Positions 8,001-16,502 of a DNA stretch of 64,000 nucleotides are shown here, one piece after another (within the stretch, counting starts at the first letter, position 1; each line of letters starts with the position of its first letter). Made by a program: the position numbers and the translations under genes. The notes under the pieces are model-generated. The model searched no databases. It had not been told where the DNA came from and saw only the letters and a list, made by a program, of their open reading frames with translations. The stretch is from the IMG/VR virus record IMGVR_UViG_3300033146_001917, positions 32,001-96,000 of that record. One strand, written 5' to 3'. This DNA is from a virus.

Positions 8001-9694
8001 ACCACAAATGGGCAACAGAGTGGGGACAACAGCCACTCTGGAGAATCCTTAACTTGGACTGCAAAGTGTGGGGCAAAATCCCATTCACGACAAGCAAGTC
8101 CGAAACTATCAAAAATGGAAGAGAGGAAACAAGTAGGCTTCATCAACAAACAACTCAAGATAGCAATAGAAATCGATGGACCATGGCACTTTTTTCCGGT
8201 TCATGGAGAAAATATACTACAGAGAACTCAGACAAGAGACAGATCGATGGAGAACTTCAGATCGTCAGGAGAGCTTATCAAGATATCATTGATATACCTC
8301 TACAAAATGTTCAAAGATCCACACCTCCCACCAATTGTATATGTAGGGGAATTGTACGAATCTCTTATGTTGGATTACGGCGAGGATATGATCTTGAGGT
8401 AGACCATCCCTCGCATAACTTTTTATTAGCGTCTGGTTTATGTTGCAGTAATAGCCATGCAGCTGCTTACGCATTGATTACTTACCAGACAGCATATTTA
8501 AAAGCACACTATACCGTAGAGTACATGTGTGCATGTATGATTAGTAATGCAGGTAATACAGATCAAATGATTAAGTTATTAGCTGAATGTAAGGCTATTG
8601 ATATACAAGTATTGCCTCCAGATATAAATAAGAGTAGGGAATCGTTTCATATTGATGATGGTGCAATACGATTTGGTCTCGGTCCTATAAAGAATTTAGG
8701 TTTGTCTCCTGTACAATCAATAATAAAAGAACGCCACCGCAGAAAATTTAAAAGCTTACGAGATTTTTGCGAGCGTATTGATCTGGCTATAATTAATAGG
8801 CGCAAACTAGAAGCATTGATTTCTTCAGGATCATTTGACAATATCGGTGCTAATCGTGCTACTATGCTAAATGCAGTAGATAAAATATGGGAGTATAACA
8901 AAGAGTTAAAAAAATATAATAAAAAGATTATTACATATCGAGCTAAAATAGATCAGGTAGCACAAAGGTTAGAAGACATAGAAAATGGTGTCTTATCATC
9001 TAAAGGGAAAAAACTTAGTCGTCTCAAAATGCCTGCTCCTGTCCTTGAACCAGAATGGCCAACAATTTTAGTTCAAGACGAAATGTCCGATACAGAAATA
9101 CAGAAAACAGAACACCAATTATTAGGTTTTTATGTTTCGTCACACCCAATGGAACAATTTTATTCTAAATTTGGTAAGCACAAACTTGGAATAGATTCTG
9201 TAATGAAAGCAGAACATAAATCTAAAATATCTTTTGCTGCAGTAGTTACTCGTATTCAAATAATAACTACTAAATCAAAAAAGAAAATGGCATTTATAAC
9301 ATTAGAAGATCTAACTAATAGTTTAGAGGGTGTGCTATTTACTGGACCATATACTAAATATGAATCTATTTTAGAAGAAGGTACAGTTTATACTATTGAC
9401 GGAACAGTAGAACAAGTTGAAGTTGATGATGCAAAAAGTACAAAAGTAATTATATGGAAAATGCATCCTATTGTTTTAGACCAAGATAGACAAGAGAATA
9501 TATACGTAGAAGTACCAGTTGAAAGTCTAGAAGTATATCTACAAATCCTAGATAAGTATGCTGGTGAATTGCATAGAATTAATACCACACTTGTAAGTTT
9601 AGATAACACTAGATTTCGGTTTGAATCACCACGCAAGATTGGAAATTTTCTAGGAGCATTTATGGTAGAGGTACCAAGTGTCAAAACAAGATAA
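4961..9694 (+). CDS. dnaE: DNA polymerase III alpha, polymerase/HhH/OB part with two inteins
   Basis: GTG start with AAGGA SD; GPGRGSAAG, FERFLNP, DIDVDF, HASG, KFDFLGL, YQEQ, GFNK-SHA, LPPDIN, LLGFYVSSHP. Confidence 0.95.
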   Translation: MANSELNDYFRYKCLKGLRDKQLDNKPEYVSRLDYEIKVITKLGFAGYFLLFRDIINWARENNIFVGPGRGSAAGALTSYCLGITNLDPIKLGLLFERFLNPDRLGSPYISTTQLSFDEFTNTILPQFTEDVLISDNELESMCEKPGFYEEAQIEFSGLTQDKKKYISYLKQQGIKYDNPDNSHLLYAIGCTDDPPIGYVTRIGGAGLCDIDVDFEERYRSKVIQHVQEVFGTDRVVHIGTFGKQRAKAAIKSVAKSLGYPYVIGDDLTKLLLEPVHGKPQSISDSITKVKKLQTYMASEVPQREILQWAQKIENHINNVGVHASGIIIANQSLLDTVPLFVDKEGGLATQWDMGNIEETGLIKFDFLGLDALTKIHTCIDLVKELRDITINIDKIPLDDDSVFLRLRQGDSVGIFQLEASGGMRDLSMQIRPAQFEDLIALIAIYRPGPLSSSYKQIYLDARAGNREPEYLVPELEPILGETAGWCIYQDELVHTPNGKVKIHTLKDKDIILNGEYKPTTIKHIWNSGTKNVIRYDFDNNSNIACTADHPVKTITGYLPISKTPSVIRYRNKQLEIIDINIGINEAWILGMVLGDGCTTDSSPTIATDTLINADIIKDTLQQVFPELITKKFFATRAWYVGAKRQQGVYKNKFNTWLRRYNLFNIKANKKQIPDIFFKANSKLIDSLLAGLWDSDGCIHQHGMFYTSTSTVLLDQMSILLDFRYITYYRTNNRIYIRDTELFASCLAPYLKLKTVNNINLSITGGLIVSRQYLRNLIDKYRQATGLSIKQECVSRGISNSSYFESTNAKLSTIIKAFPEEHIIENFIRGEVSLHNITEESLVGKYDVYDIEVDGDEHSFIVGSGDGIIVHNCIYQEQVMEISKQLCGYTGGEADEMRKAIGKKKQALMDKHKPKFMNGWVKHGLPEHKAETMWDTIVGFSAYGFNKTLDKDTQIATINGVKRIEDCSERDTIYTLDSAGNTVESHVVALHDHGIVPLWEIEFDDGTTEQCTLDHKWATEWGQQPLWRILNLDCKVWGKIPFTTSKSETIKNGREETSRLHQQTTQDSNRNRWTMALFSGSWRKYTTENSDKRQIDGELQIVRRAYQDIIDIPLQNVQRSTPPTNCICRGIVRISYVGLRRGYDLEVDHPSHNFLLASGLCCSNSHAAAYALITYQTAYLKAHYTVEYMCACMISNAGNTDQMIKLLAECKAIDIQVLPPDINKSRESFHIDDGAIRFGLGPIKNLGLSPVQSIIKERHRRKFKSLRDFCERIDLAIINRRKLEALISSGSFDNIGANRATMLNAVDKIWEYNKELKKYNKKIITYRAKIDQVAQRLEDIENGVLSSKGKKLSRLKMPAPVLEPEWPTILVQDEMSDTEIQKTEHQLLGFYVSSHPMEQFYSKFGKHKLGIDSVMKAEHKSKISFAAVVTRIQIITTKSKKKMAFITLEDLTNSLEGVLFTGPYTKYESILEEGTVYTIDGTVEQVEVDDAKSTKVIIWKMHPIVLDQDRQENIYVEVPVESLEVYLQILDKYAGELHRINTTLVSLDNTRFRFESPRKIGNFLGAFMVEVPSVKTR
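6419..7576 (+). mobile_element. DnaE intein 1 with LAGLIDADG homing endonuclease (386 aa)
   Basis: Starts CIYQDELVHTPNG, block B CTADH, motifs WILGMVLGDGC and LLAGLWDSDGC, ends VYDIEV...IVHN before CIYQEQ. Confidence 0.92.
7802..8452 (+). mobile_element. DnaE intein 2 (217 aa, Thr at position 1)
   Basis: Inserted in GFNK|SHA; starts TLDKDTQI, block B CTLDH, ends GYDLEVDHPSHNF...CCSN. Confidence 0.9.
8115..8402 (+). pseudogene. Decayed PD-(D/E)XK (Vsr/DUF559-like) endonuclease in the +1 frame inside intein 2
   Basis: Alternative frame reads KQVGFINKQLKIAIEIDGPWHFFPVHGENILQRTQTRD...LIKIS; compare LDVFIPALNIGFEYDGIQHF...D...LIRIP in the 17723-18871 nuclease. Confidence 0.7.
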
Positions 9695-9842
9695 CGCATT
9701 AGTGCATATTGGAATAGGAATAGCAATAGGTGGTAGCGCACTTTGGATGTTAACACAGTTCTGGCCTATATTACTTATAGGTGGGGGACTAGCGTTAGCT
9801 ATAAATAATACGGAGAAGGAAACTCATGTCCACGTGGAATAG
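9678..9842 (+). CDS. Small membrane protein (54 aa, not in ORF track)
   Basis: GTG start with GAGG SD; MSKQDNALVHIGIGIAIGGSALWMLTQFWPILLIGGGLALAINNTEKETHVHVE fills the gap exactly. Confidence 0.7.
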   Translation: MSKQDNALVHIGIGIAIGGSALWMLTQFWPILLIGGGLALAINNTEKETHVHVE

Positions 9843-10944
9843 AGAGGAATCAGATTTTATACAACGGAATATACATTTAAGACCCATACAAATAGCTAGG
9901 CTATTTAGCGAAGAGTTTCCTGGTTCATCCAGAAGTTACGATTCTATTCAAAAGAGAGTCCAACGTATACAACAGATAGTAGAGCTAGAGTTTGAAACTG
10001 ATGATCTCGTACAAGAACGAGTCTCAACTGAAACAAAACATAATTCAATAGAACGAACAAGGAATTGGTTAAATGATATTATTGAATATACTAAACAATC
10101 TCCTGTTGTACCTAGCTTTGGTCCCATTGAATCAGATAATTCATCGTTGGTAATTCAATTATCTGATCTGCATTTTGGAAAAAGTACACAATATTTTGAT
10201 CTTGATATAGCATCTGAACGATTGCTTAGTATGGTTAACGAGATATATGAGAGAATACAAAATATACAGATAGATGAAATAATTGTAGTTCTAATTGGAG
10301 ATTTAGTAGAAGGAGAAGATATTTTTGCTTCTCAAGCTACTAAATTAACATGTTCTGTTATTGAACAGACAGAAGCATGTACTAAAAGTTTATGGAAGAT
10401 GCTCACCGCCTTGGAAAAATTATTTGAAGTTCCTATAAGGGTAGAACACGTACCAGGTAATCATGGTCGGATGAGTAAAACAGCATCTGAAGTAACTAAC
10501 TGGGATAATGTTATTTGTAATAATCTTTATCTCTTAAGTTCATTAACAGATAACAAGATACACATTAAAAAGAACTACAAAAAATTCAATACATTCAAGG
10601 TCAAAGACAAGATCGGCGGCATGTGTCATGAAGGTGTGCGTCATACAGGTACTCCTGCAACACAAATTAAGATCGCTGGTTGGATTGTTGGAAAGTCTCT
10701 CGATTTCTTGCTACATGGTCACTATCACGAATGGAGTATCGGTGGTTGGTTAGGCAATTTAGTATTAGCGAATGGCTCTCTCTGCGGTCCAGATGACCTG
10801 GCAGAACGCATGGGAAATGAAGGAATTGCTCGTCAAGGGTATTTCTTGGTTACCCCAGGCAAACCTTTATGGGGGTTCGGTTTTATCGAATGGCCTCATA
10901 TTAATACTAATGAACTTTTTACTCGTAAAGAAAAGCGGAAATAA
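9826..10944 (+). CDS. Calcineurin-like metallophosphoesterase with N-terminal helical domain
   Basis: SDLHFG, GDLVEG, GNHG, GHYH, NGSL motifs. Confidence 0.88.
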   Translation: MSTWNREESDFIQRNIHLRPIQIARLFSEEFPGSSRSYDSIQKRVQRIQQIVELEFETDDLVQERVSTETKHNSIERTRNWLNDIIEYTKQSPVVPSFGPIESDNSSLVIQLSDLHFGKSTQYFDLDIASERLLSMVNEIYERIQNIQIDEIIVVLIGDLVEGEDIFASQATKLTCSVIEQTEACTKSLWKMLTALEKLFEVPIRVEHVPGNHGRMSKTASEVTNWDNVICNNLYLLSSLTDNKIHIKKNYKKFNTFKVKDKIGGMCHEGVRHTGTPATQIKIAGWIVGKSLDFLLHGHYHEWSIGGWLGNLVLANGSLCGPDDLAERMGNEGIARQGYFLVTPGKPLWGFGFIEWPHINTNELFTRKEKRK

Positions 10945-11656
10945 AAAAACAGGAAAGATTCCTACTACAATTAGTTCCCAGACTACATGTCCATCGACAT
11001 GTCCACTTAAAAACTCTGGCTGTTATGCAGAACTAGGTCATCTAGCGATGCATTGGAACAGAATAAGTAGTAAAAATGATTATACTTTTGTTAATATGTT
11101 AGATGACATAAAACAATTTAAAGATGGACAGCTTTGGCGTCATAATGTTGCTGGTGATTTAAAACCATATGCAAAATACAAAAACAGAATTGTTAAATCT
11201 AGTTTAGAAGCTCTTGTAAAAGCTAATACTGGTAAACGTGGGTTCACGTATACACATTATCCAGTATTAACTCACAAAGATGCACGATGGAATAGAGAAT
11301 TAATTGCTAAAGCAAACAAAGATGGATTTACAATAAACTTATCTGCTGATAATTCAACACATGCAGATAAGCTAGCTGAATTAGGGATAGCTCCAATAGT
11401 AACTATACTTCCTAGTCATTATATAGACAGGAAGACAACAAAGACACCCGCCGGAAGAAAAATATTAGTTTGCCCTGCTACTAATACAGAAGGAGTCACA
11501 TGTAAAACATGTGGGCTTTGTCAGGTAGCTAATCGAAAAACAATTATTGGTTTCCCTGCTCATGGTAGTAGGACACGTATGGTGAATCGTATGCTAGCAA
11601 GTATGGAGAATGCAAATGAAAAATCATCAGATAGTTCTGTGCAGCGAATGTGCTAG
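10910..11656 (+). CDS. Cys-rich putative Fe-S protein (phage gp88-like, radical-SAM-like)
   Basis: SGNKKTG, TCPSTCPLKNSGCYA, WRHNVAGD, YTH, CPA...CKTCGLC, GFPAHG; start moved to ATG 10910. Confidence 0.65.
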   Translation: MNFLLVKKSGNKKTGKIPTTISSQTTCPSTCPLKNSGCYAELGHLAMHWNRISSKNDYTFVNMLDDIKQFKDGQLWRHNVAGDLKPYAKYKNRIVKSSLEALVKANTGKRGFTYTHYPVLTHKDARWNRELIAKANKDGFTINLSADNSTHADKLAELGIAPIVTILPSHYIDRKTTKTPAGRKILVCPATNTEGVTCKTCGLCQVANRKTIIGFPAHGSRTRMVNRMLASMENANEKSSDSSVQRMC

Positions 11657-11849
11657 TCCAGATATTCAATTATCAGCTTGGATCGAAGCCAATACAGATA
11701 AAGTAATGTGTCTTGGATATGATGGTCCGGTTACTTTAGCATATTGTCCTAATTGTGATCAACATGTGAAATGGACCGAAATATCTATTGAAGCAAATAC
11801 CAATGAAGAAGCGTTAGAGATTTATAGACGGAGTATGGAATGCAAATAG
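11610..11849 (+). CDS. Small zinc-ribbon protein
   Basis: CSEC...CPNC. Confidence 0.65.
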   Translation: MQMKNHQIVLCSECASPDIQLSAWIEANTDKVMCLGYDGPVTLAYCPNCDQHVKWTEISIEANTNEEALEIYRRSMECK

Positions 11850-12511
11850 AGAATATAGAAGTATATGGTTTTCGTCGGGCACTACATGGTATGCGTAACC
11901 CTATGAATTCATGGTCTAAAAGTGATACCACATATACAGATATACACCATGTAAATAATGCATTAATGCTTGACGGTGTTCAGATTGGTCCAAAAGACAT
12001 GAGGCTAGCATGTAGTCTAATTAAAGCTGGACCTGAACACCGTAAGTTTTTGAGACAAATAATTATTTGGGCGGATATGTCTCTTCCTAGATATATTTGG
12101 ACAGAGTTAGATACATACAAAGTAGCTACTGTCAGAAACTCATGTTCTACAATGCATAAATTAGGACATAGAGATCTAACTCAAGATGATTTCCAATATC
12201 CTATACCAGATACAACATTAATATATCTAAATAAACTTGGAACAGAATTTCGCAATGCTGGTTTACTGCGAGATCATGAAAAGCAAAATATAATTAGAGC
12301 AGAATATAAAAATAACCTTCCAGAAGGTTTCCTACAAATGGCAACATATATGATGAGTTATGAAACTGCTTTTTCAATGTATTTCCAAAGGAAAAATCAT
12401 CGTCTTAGAGAATGGACAGATGAAGATACTGGGATAACTTCAATGATATCCAATTTACCCTACATGAAAGATTTCATAGAGGCTACTAATGGAACCACAT
12501 CGCAAAACTAG
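11840..12511 (+). CDS. Divergent ThyX-fold (flavin-dependent thymidylate synthase-like) protein
   Basis: HRKFLRQ, PRYIWTELDTYK, SCSTMHKL, LPEGF, QRKNHRLREW in ThyX-like order; canonical RHR motif absent; next to dCMP deaminase. Confidence 0.55.
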   Translation: MQIENIEVYGFRRALHGMRNPMNSWSKSDTTYTDIHHVNNALMLDGVQIGPKDMRLACSLIKAGPEHRKFLRQIIIWADMSLPRYIWTELDTYKVATVRNSCSTMHKLGHRDLTQDDFQYPIPDTTLIYLNKLGTEFRNAGLLRDHEKQNIIRAEYKNNLPEGFLQMATYMMSYETAFSMYFQRKNHRLREWTDEDTGITSMISNLPYMKDFIEATNGTTSQN

Positions 12512-12998
12512 ATTAGACTGGGATAGCCATGGAATGTTGATTGCTATAATAACATCACAGCGCAGTCCAGATCCAAATACACAAGTAGGGGCATACATTT
12601 GTGACAAGTATAGAAGAACGATAAGTACAGGATACAATGGTACACCACGTAATATTAATCCAAGAACTACACCATGGAATAGAACTGCAAATAATAAATA
12701 TGACACAAAATATCCATACGTAGTTCACGCCGAACTAAATGCGATTATAAATGCTACTCGAGATCTAAAAGATGCTACACTTTATTGCACACTTCATCCA
12801 TGTAGTGAATGCGCAAAAAGTATTATGCAAGCTGGGATACGAGAAGTTATCTATTTAAATAATTATCATGAAGATAGCTGGCAAGCAGACATAGAATTTA
12901 GTAATAAACTAATGAAAAGTGCAGATTTAATTGTACGTGATATGAAAATTCCGAATGAACATCTACAACTATTGCAACATACTCTAAAAATAATATAG
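12489..12998 (+). CDS. dCMP deaminase
   Basis: RSPDPNTQVGA, GYNG, HAELNAI, PCSECAK. Confidence 0.93.
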   Translation: MEPHRKTRLDWDSHGMLIAIITSQRSPDPNTQVGAYICDKYRRTISTGYNGTPRNINPRTTPWNRTANNKYDTKYPYVVHAELNAIINATRDLKDATLYCTLHPCSECAKSIMQAGIREVIYLNNYHEDSWQADIEFSNKLMKSADLIVRDMKIPNEHLQLLQHTLKII

Positions 12999-13391
12999 AT
13001 GTTATCTAAAATAGATATTTATAGTCAAATAATAGCTAGTGAAAAGACATGCACTATAGCTTATTATAATAGTACAGAAACACATCAATGTACAATTAAT
13101 AAATTTAAGCTTATAAATTATTTCAACGATGAAGCATTTATATTAGCTACTGGTGAAGTAGATCATAATTTTTGGAACTTTCATATAAACATTCGAATAC
13201 AGAATTCTAATCCATTATATACAATACTTTACAATAATTTAGATATCATCATTAATAATGTAACTATAAATATAAGTGCAATAGGTTTAGTTGATATCTT
13301 AATTGATCCAAATGAGTTATCTGAATCAATGATACTTAAACGACGTAATAAACTATATAGATTTACTAGAATTCTATTAGAAGATAATTAG
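12999..13391 (+). CDS. Hypothetical protein
   Basis: 130-aa ORF abutting the upstream stop; very AT-rich. Confidence 0.6.
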   Translation: MLSKIDIYSQIIASEKTCTIAYYNSTETHQCTINKFKLINYFNDEAFILATGEVDHNFWNFHINIRIQNSNPLYTILYNNLDIIINNVTINISAIGLVDILIDPNELSESMILKRRNKLYRFTRILLEDN

Positions 13392-13404
13392 AGATCAGGT
13401 ATAC

Positions 13405-13442
13405 TCTTGTTGAAGATAGGATGCTAAAATACTACCTATCTT
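13405..13442 (+). promoter_or_regulatory. Putative promoter (TCTTGT-N14-TAAAAT) overlapped by an 8-bp inverted repeat
   Basis: In one of the few intergenic gaps; extended -10 TGCTAAAAT lies between AAGATAGG (13413-20) and CCTATCTT (13435-42). Confidence 0.4.
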
Positions 13443-13455
13443 TCTTGGAGCAATT

Positions 13456-14325
13456 ATGGAAGCATATACTGGTATACAAGTTGTTAGTGTTAATACCGAC
13501 AAGATAAATCAATTATATAAAGAAAAATATTTAGATATATTACCAGACTTTAGTATATCTAAGAATTTCTGGCAGAATGAGTATGTTGTTATTAAAGATA
13601 ATTCTGGACTTAGCAAATCAGCTCTTACACGACATCAAGGAACTAGATTGCAGTTACTGGATTTACCAAAGGATTTAAAAATCAGTGGCGTCCGTCCAAA
13701 AAATAAAGAACAATGGATGGCATTTGATGCGCTACTGGATGACAGTGTACGAGTTGTAACTCTCACAGGGAAAGCAGGAACAGGAAAGACATTGCTCTCA
13801 CTTGCTGCTGCTCTTCACTTGTTTGAGACGTCAGAAAGTTACAATAAAATAATCCTTACACGCCCAATGTCTTGGGTAGGAAAACATGGTTTAGGTTCGC
13901 TACCAGGTGATGTTGAGGATAAATTCAACCCTTATTTACAGAACTATATGTGTAACATAGAGCATCTACTTGGTGGAAAAAAGTCAATTATGGATTTAAT
14001 TAAACAATACAATGTTGAATTTATCCCTATTCAATTAATTAGAGGAGCTTCATGGGCCAATGCAATAATCTTAGCTGATGAGGTACAAGTGCTTGGCTAT
14101 GACGAAATGGTGGCACTAGGTACTAGAGTTGGTCATGATAGTAAAATGATTATTATGGGAGATTTAGCACAAAGAGATGAAAAGATCGCCCGCGATAAAA
14201 CAGGAATTCATAAATTTGTAAATGATGATCGAGTAAAACGTAGTACATTTACTGCCTCAATCGATCTAATTAAATCTGAGCGTAGCGAAATAGCTGCACT
14301 CTTTGCTGAAGTATTTGAAAGGTAA
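13456..14325 (+). CDS. phoH: PhoH family ATPase
   Basis: GKAGTGKT, LGSLPGDVEDK, IRGASW, DEVQ, TRVG, GDLAQRD, RSEIA. Confidence 0.93.
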   Translation: MEAYTGIQVVSVNTDKINQLYKEKYLDILPDFSISKNFWQNEYVVIKDNSGLSKSALTRHQGTRLQLLDLPKDLKISGVRPKNKEQWMAFDALLDDSVRVVTLTGKAGTGKTLLSLAAALHLFETSESYNKIILTRPMSWVGKHGLGSLPGDVEDKFNPYLQNYMCNIEHLLGGKKSIMDLIKQYNVEFIPIQLIRGASWANAIILADEVQVLGYDEMVALGTRVGHDSKMIIMGDLAQRDEKIARDKTGIHKFVNDDRVKRSTFTASIDLIKSERSEIAALFAEVFER

Positions 14326-14328
14326 TAT

Positions 14329-14697
14329 ATGTTTAATACAGTACAAACTCCAGGTGATATATTAGATAGAATATCTATTCTAATTAGAAAAATAGATCTA
14401 AGCAATTCAAAAATGATACCACTTAGTGAACTTAGTGAGGTACTTACATCCTTTTTATTAGAAGTAAACAAAGGGTATCTACGAGATATTGAACCATTGT
14501 TCCATGATTTACATGAAGCTAATACTAAGCTATGGAATGCTGAAGCACTTATACGCAGTATGGACAGCGATAATGAACGTAGGCTCAATGTAATTGAGGA
14601 AATTCATATTTGGAACGCTAAACGTGCCAAGATTAAACAAGAATTAAACCGATTACTATTGTCCGACATATCAGAAGTGAAAGATTATAGTTTGTGA
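14329..14697 (+). CDS. Helical conserved protein (DUF6165-like)
   Basis: PGDILDRISIL...NTKLWNAE...NAKRAKIKQELN pattern. Confidence 0.6.
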   Translation: MFNTVQTPGDILDRISILIRKIDLSNSKMIPLSELSEVLTSFLLEVNKGYLRDIEPLFHDLHEANTKLWNAEALIRSMDSDNERRLNVIEEIHIWNAKRAKIKQELNRLLLSDISEVKDYSL

Positions 14698-15320
14698 TCT
14701 TCGAATCTCTTCTACATCTCAACAATCATTTAAAAAGTAACGGTTGCACAAAATGCAACTTGGGGAAACAGCGCCACCTGCATGGATGTTGTGTCTCCAG
14801 AGGGCCTCACAGTACATCTAAGATGATTATAGGAGAAGCCCCAGGTAAGGTAGAGGATAGAACTCAAACGCCTTTTACAGGCCCAGCAGGACGTCTTCTA
14901 GAGGATATATGGAAAGCAGGTAAGCTTGATATAGATACATGGTATTTAACTAATACAGTGTTATGTAGACCAATATCTAATTCGTCTGGACGAGAAAACT
15001 TGACACCAAAGGATGAACAAGTTAAACAATGTAAGGATTATTTGCTTCAACAAATAACTTATATAAATCCTAGAATAATAGTAACTCTGGGATTAACAGC
15101 AGCTAAAAGCTTATTAAATAATCCATCAATAAAAATGTACCAAATAAGAGGGAAAATACTTCGTCCAGATAAAAATTTTAACCTGGAGAATACTATTTTA
15201 TTTCCAATGCTACATCCTGCTGCAATATTGCACACCAAAGGCACAGATAGATATCATCAATACAGATTGGATACATGGAAAGATATTCAACACTTAAACC
15301 AACTAATAAGGAACATGTAA
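14694..15320 (+). CDS. Uracil-DNA glycosylase family 4
   Basis: CTKCNL Fe-S cysteines, IGEAPG, PFTGPAG, TNTVLCRP, HPAA. Confidence 0.93.
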   Translation: MIFESLLHLNNHLKSNGCTKCNLGKQRHLHGCCVSRGPHSTSKMIIGEAPGKVEDRTQTPFTGPAGRLLEDIWKAGKLDIDTWYLTNTVLCRPISNSSGRENLTPKDEQVKQCKDYLLQQITYINPRIIVTLGLTAAKSLLNNPSIKMYQIRGKILRPDKNFNLENTILFPMLHPAAILHTKGTDRYHQYRLDTWKDIQHLNQLIRNM

Positions 15321-15764
15321 ATGACTAATGTAATTAATTTGGACTCTAGGAAGAACAAGGCATCACAAGAAGATCATGAGACAGTATTGCAAGCTGTGGA
15401 AGATAACAGAGCAAATGGAGTAAAGATTCTATCTTCTAAATTAGATAATCTAGCAGACAGAAAAATTATTAATGATCCAGTTACAGAAAGTGCTATTCGA
15501 GATTTAACTGCTGGACTCGGAGGCGTTCTAACATCTCTAGAAGGTATTAATGCAGTAATAGACTATATTAAACATGACTTATTGGCTTGTATCCAAAATG
15601 TTGAGCAACAAGGTCATGGCAATTTCCAAGCATCTGCTCATTTACAAACATTACTAGCTATAATGAAAAGTAAGGGTATGATAACCGAAAAGGATATGGA
15701 AGATGAGTGGAAAAGATTAATGGATAATATGAATAAGCTAGACGTTACTTCGAAGAATACGTAA
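15321..15764 (+). CDS. Hypothetical coiled-coil protein
   Basis: 147-aa ORF, last gene of the plus-strand run. Confidence 0.7.
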   Translation: MTNVINLDSRKNKASQEDHETVLQAVEDNRANGVKILSSKLDNLADRKIINDPVTESAIRDLTAGLGGVLTSLEGINAVIDYIKHDLLACIQNVEQQGHGNFQASAHLQTLLAIMKSKGMITEKDMEDEWKRLMDNMNKLDVTSKNT

Positions 15765-15966
15765 GCTCAATATAGTCACCTAGTACCCAATTTAATTCTA
15801 GAATATGGGCTCTACTTCGAATCACCATTGCCAGAACCTCAGCAATATGCTGAGCTGGCTCTGTGTGAAGCGTTTTTATACCAGGAATTCTAAGCTTTTC
15901 TTTTTCTATGATTGGTACCATAGGCTCTTCTTTCTTTACTATATCAGACTGAGTTTTTTCAAACAT
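15745..15966 (-). CDS. Hypothetical protein
   Basis: 73-aa ORF with AGGAG SD. Confidence 0.6.
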   Translation of the reverse strand: MFEKTQSDIVKKEEPMVPIIEKEKLRIPGIKTLHTEPAQHIAEVLAMVIRSRAHILELNWVLGDYIELTYSSK

Positions 15967-16501
15967 ATATTCTCCTAAAATATTCTAATATACTTTGTAA
16001 CACTTCTGTAACATACCGTAAACTAGAATGTGTAATTTTAGAAATATTTTTTATACCTAGTCCTTTATTGAAACGTAAGAATATTATATATTTTTCTAAT
16101 TTAGACATGTTAGCTAAATGTCCAAAGAATACCCAGTGTATTGAGAAATCAGGATCTTGTAATTCTATTACTGGCTCTGATTCAATATCATGATCTAGTG
16201 ACGACATAAGCTTTTGATACCAATCTCGTAATTCAAAAATAGATAATCGTAATAGATAAGCACGTTCCCCTTGATCCTTATGTTGTCTATTAGTAAGTAG
16301 ACGTTGCCAAATATAAGCTAATTGCTGATAGATATCTTCCTTTTGTAAGGAAAATTTATTATGACGAGGTATGGCCTTTAATTTATCTACAAGAGTTTTT
16401 TCATATCCATTCAATATACGGATATATTTACCTCTATGTACCTTGTCTGTTATTTCTACAAAACGTAGAAATTCTTTGTTGTATTTATAGATGGGGTGCA
16501 T
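15959..16501 (-). CDS. Small sigma-70/ECF-like factor or HTH transcription regulator
   Basis: Region-2-like KEDIYQQLAYIW and region-4-like MSKLEKYIIFLRFNKGLGIKNISKITHSS HTH. Confidence 0.6.
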   Translation of the reverse strand: MHPIYKYNKEFLRFVEITDKVHRGKYIRILNGYEKTLVDKLKAIPRHNKFSLQKEDIYQQLAYIWQRLLTNRQHKDQGERAYLLRLSIFELRDWYQKLMSSLDHDIESEPVIELQDPDFSIHWVFFGHLANMSKLEKYIIFLRFNKGLGIKNISKITHSSLRYVTEVLQSILEYFRRIYV

Positions 16502-16502
16502 G

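Noticed and set aside
7802-8452. Class 3 intein assignment for DnaE intein 2
   Set aside because: Block B Trp is present but block F has Asp instead of the catalytic Cys, and block G lacks the Thr
10772-10909. Long N-terminal extension of the gp88-like ORF
   Set aside because: It overlaps the phosphoesterase C-terminus by over 130 nt; ATG 10910 precedes the first conserved motif
13413-13446. Intrinsic terminator before phoH
   Set aside because: AT-rich 8-bp stem, 14-nt loop and short U tract; kept only as a possible promoter or operator
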